Shown here one piece after another: positions 62,151 through 64,000 of a stretch of DNA of 64,000 nt. The first letter of the stretch is position 1; every line of letters starts with the position of its first letter. Source of the DNA: Piromyces finnis finn (Eukaryota > Fungi > Neocallimastigomycota); the NCBI GenBank assembly GCA_002104945.1, contig MCFH01000015.1, forward strand, positions 806,001 through 870,000, in the 5' to 3' direction. A model generated the notes under the pieces. The model did not search any database, was not told where the DNA came from, and saw only the letters and a program-made list of their open reading frames with translations. The translations under genes and the position numbers were made by a program.

Positions 62151-62290
62151 TAATATAATTTATTTTGTAAAACAATACAAGTACAATTTTTTTTTAAAAA
62201 GTTTAAGTGTTCAATATTTAAATTCTTATATAAATCTTCATTGGATAACCAAATCATTGGTTTTCCCCAATGAACCGTTCTTTTAAAATT
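62150..62290 (-). pseudogene. rep: CRESS Rep C-terminus (SF3 helicase motif C region)
   Basis: FKRTVHWGKPMIWLSNEDLYKNLNIEHLNFLKKNCTCIVLQNKLY* follows the genomovirus/geminivirus pattern K..I.WGKP.IWL.N...WL..NC.F..L..PL(F/Y)*. Confidence 0.8.
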
Positions 62291-62747
62291 AAATTGCCTG
62301 TTCGTTTTAGTAAAAACTAACGGGGGCCTTTTCTTCAATGGTAACTAGATAATATGTAGCTATGGCTATATACTATTTCGGGTATTGGCCTACTTATCTT
62401 AGGAAATCTAAAATACTTAAACCAATGTATATGTAGTATTGACGTTAAAGAGCCTACTTTAAGGAATTTTCACGTAAGTAAAACTCGTTTGTGATTTATG
62501 CGTTTTATATAATAATTTTATTTAATATGTTTTATTATAAGTTTATTTATAAGATCAAAGTTATTTAAAAGTTTGTTGTTTTATTAATTCTTTATCCTCT
62601 GTTGCTATATTGTCGAGGAAGACTATCTTTTTCTAGTGATTAATAATAACTAACAAATACTTTTAAAAGTTATAAAGTTTTATAAATAAATGAATTTTTT
62701 CGAATTAATACGTTTGAGTTTAAAATTTTCGTTACAAATTTTATATT

Positions 62748-62851
62748 ACGAATTTAAATTACGAATTTTAACTACGAATTAAAACTACGAATTTTAACTA
62801 CGAATTAAAACTACGAATTTTAATCACGAATTTTAACCACGAATTTTAAAT
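62748..62851. repeat. 13-bp tandem repeat x8 (ACGAATTTTAACT consensus)
   Basis: Units start at 62748, 62761, 62774, 62787, 62800, 62813, 62826 and 62839. Confidence 0.9.
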
Positions 62852-63013
62852 TAGAAAAAACTAAAGTTTTAAAATAATACATTTAGATGATATTTATACA
62901 TGATTATTAAATTTAGCTATAATATTATTAATAAACTATTACTAATAGAATTTTTAAAGTTATATTAAATATAAATAATTTTAACTAATTAGATTCATTT
63001 TTTGTGTTTAAAG

Positions 63014-64000
63014 TTAGTCAAATGTTTCTTGGTTCTTTTTCATTGGTTCATTTGTTAAATCGATTTCTATTTGAAAGTTCGAAAGTTTTCTTTTCTTAAG
63101 TTCATTACTAATTACGGCTTCGGAAGCGGGGAAGATTTCCTTTAATTCGTTATCAATTATCAAAGCATTGATTCTTTTACTAATACTTTCGATTTTATTT
63201 CTAAGTTCTTCTGTTTCCTTCCATTGGGCAGTTAATTGTTTTTCCGTTTTATTAACCTTTCTAGTAAGTTCGATGCGTTCGGCCTTTGGGTTTAGATCAT
63301 ATCTAAGGTCGTTGATTTTTTGATTTAATTTGTTGAATTTTCTTTTAACTTCTACTTGAGTGTTTCCTGTTTGAAGAAGTTGAATTTCGTCTTTTACCTT
63401 TTTAATTTCTTGATTAAACTGTTCCTTTCTGTCCAAGACTTCTTTTAAGTCTTCGCATCTTAAATTAATCTGCTTTTTATATTGTTTTTCATAATAAGTG
63501 TTTTCTTCTAATAGGTTAATAATTTGTTCTTTCAAGCTTTTGAATAGTTTATCCTGATTTCGATACCATTTGTATAGGTAATCCTTTAATTCTTCTTGTT
63601 TATTGCTTTCGATTAATGAATTGATTGTAACTTTAAAGACTTTGAAGTCGGTGTCTTCTTTCTTTTCATTATTGTTTGATGATTCCTTATCTTTTAATTC
63701 AATTGTGTTGATTATAAAATCTAGTGAGTTCATTTCCTCTATGTTGTTTATCTGTTGTGGATTAGCTATAGTATTATTGTTTACTTCATTACTTTGTTCC
63801 ATTTTGATAAATCTTGATAATAGGTCCGCTATTTTGTTATCTTTTCCTTCTATGTAGCAAGGTATAACATTAAAATTGCAAATATTCTCGAATAGTCGTA
63901 GCTTTCTATTTGTTTCGACTTTGGAACCAGAGTTGATATAGATTACTAGGTTCTTGTGGTCCGTGGCGCAATAGATTTTTTGTCCCTGTTGAAGTAATAA
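63014..64000 (-). CDS. 3' end of a second RT1-type ORF: RNase H C-terminus plus coiled-coil domain, then stop (runs off window)
   Basis: Open from 64000: LLLQQGQKIYCATDHKNL...ADLLSRFIKME, 3 aa differences from RH1 in 66 codons. The coiled coil is homologous to 56600-57255, and the ORF ends ...QETFD* with no RT2 or integrase. Confidence 0.88.
   Translation of the reverse strand, partial: LLLQQGQKIYCATDHKNLVIYINSGSKVETNRKLRLFENICNFNVIPCYIEGKDNKIADLLSRFIKMEQSNEVNNNTIANPQQINNIEEMNSLDFIINTIELKDKESSNNNEKKEDTDFKVFKVTINSLIESNKQEELKDYLYKWYRNQDKLFKSLKEQIINLLEENTYYEKQYKKQINLRCEDLKEVLDRKEQFNQEIKKVKDEIQLLQTGNTQVEVKRKFNKLNQKINDLRYDLNPKAERIELTRKVNKTEKQLTAQWKETEELRNKIESISKRINALIIDNELKEIFPASEAVISNELKKRKLSNFQIEIDLTNEPMKKNQETFD

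Larger units (their letters stand above)
60716..62290 (+). mobile_element. Second endogenous fragment of the same CRESS virus: capsid, short intergenic region, Rep 3' end
   Basis: Identity with 555-1013 begins at 60716. Convergent cap/rep layout is typical of gemini- and genomoviruses. Right boundary approximate. Confidence 0.85.

Overview
Extremely AT-rich eukaryotic DNA, almost entirely nested LTR retrotransposons (Ty3/Gypsy chromoviruses, a tRNA-Ala-primed Gypsy, Ty1/Copia), solo LTRs and one decayed subtilisin-like gene. Composition, Asn-rich low-complexity ORFs and fungal-type chromoviruses suggest an anaerobic gut fungus (Neocallimastigomycota); this host call is inference only. Three features stand out. 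(1) There are two nearly identical endogenous pieces of one genomovirus/geminivirus-like ssDNA (CRESS) virus. The first (401-1220) is an internally deleted genome opened exactly at the TAATATT^AT nick site of its origin hairpin and sitting in a nonamer-like host target, which suggests Rep-mediated integration. The second (60716-~62290) carries an open capsid ORF, a structured intergenic region and the Rep 3' end. (2) A self-priming chromovirus (from 52234) has a polyprotein with TWO tandem RT-RNase H modules (gag-PR-RT1-RH1-coiled coil-RT2-RH2-IN-chromodomain), and the viral capsid ORF follows it in the env position. (3) A diverged relative of the RT1-RH1-coiled-coil module (63014-64000, minus strand) ends with no integrase. 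Also visible: an intact chromovirus with apparently identical LTRs and an 11-nt Tf1-type self-priming site, and two -1 frameshift cassettes. All calls were made by eye; no searches were run.
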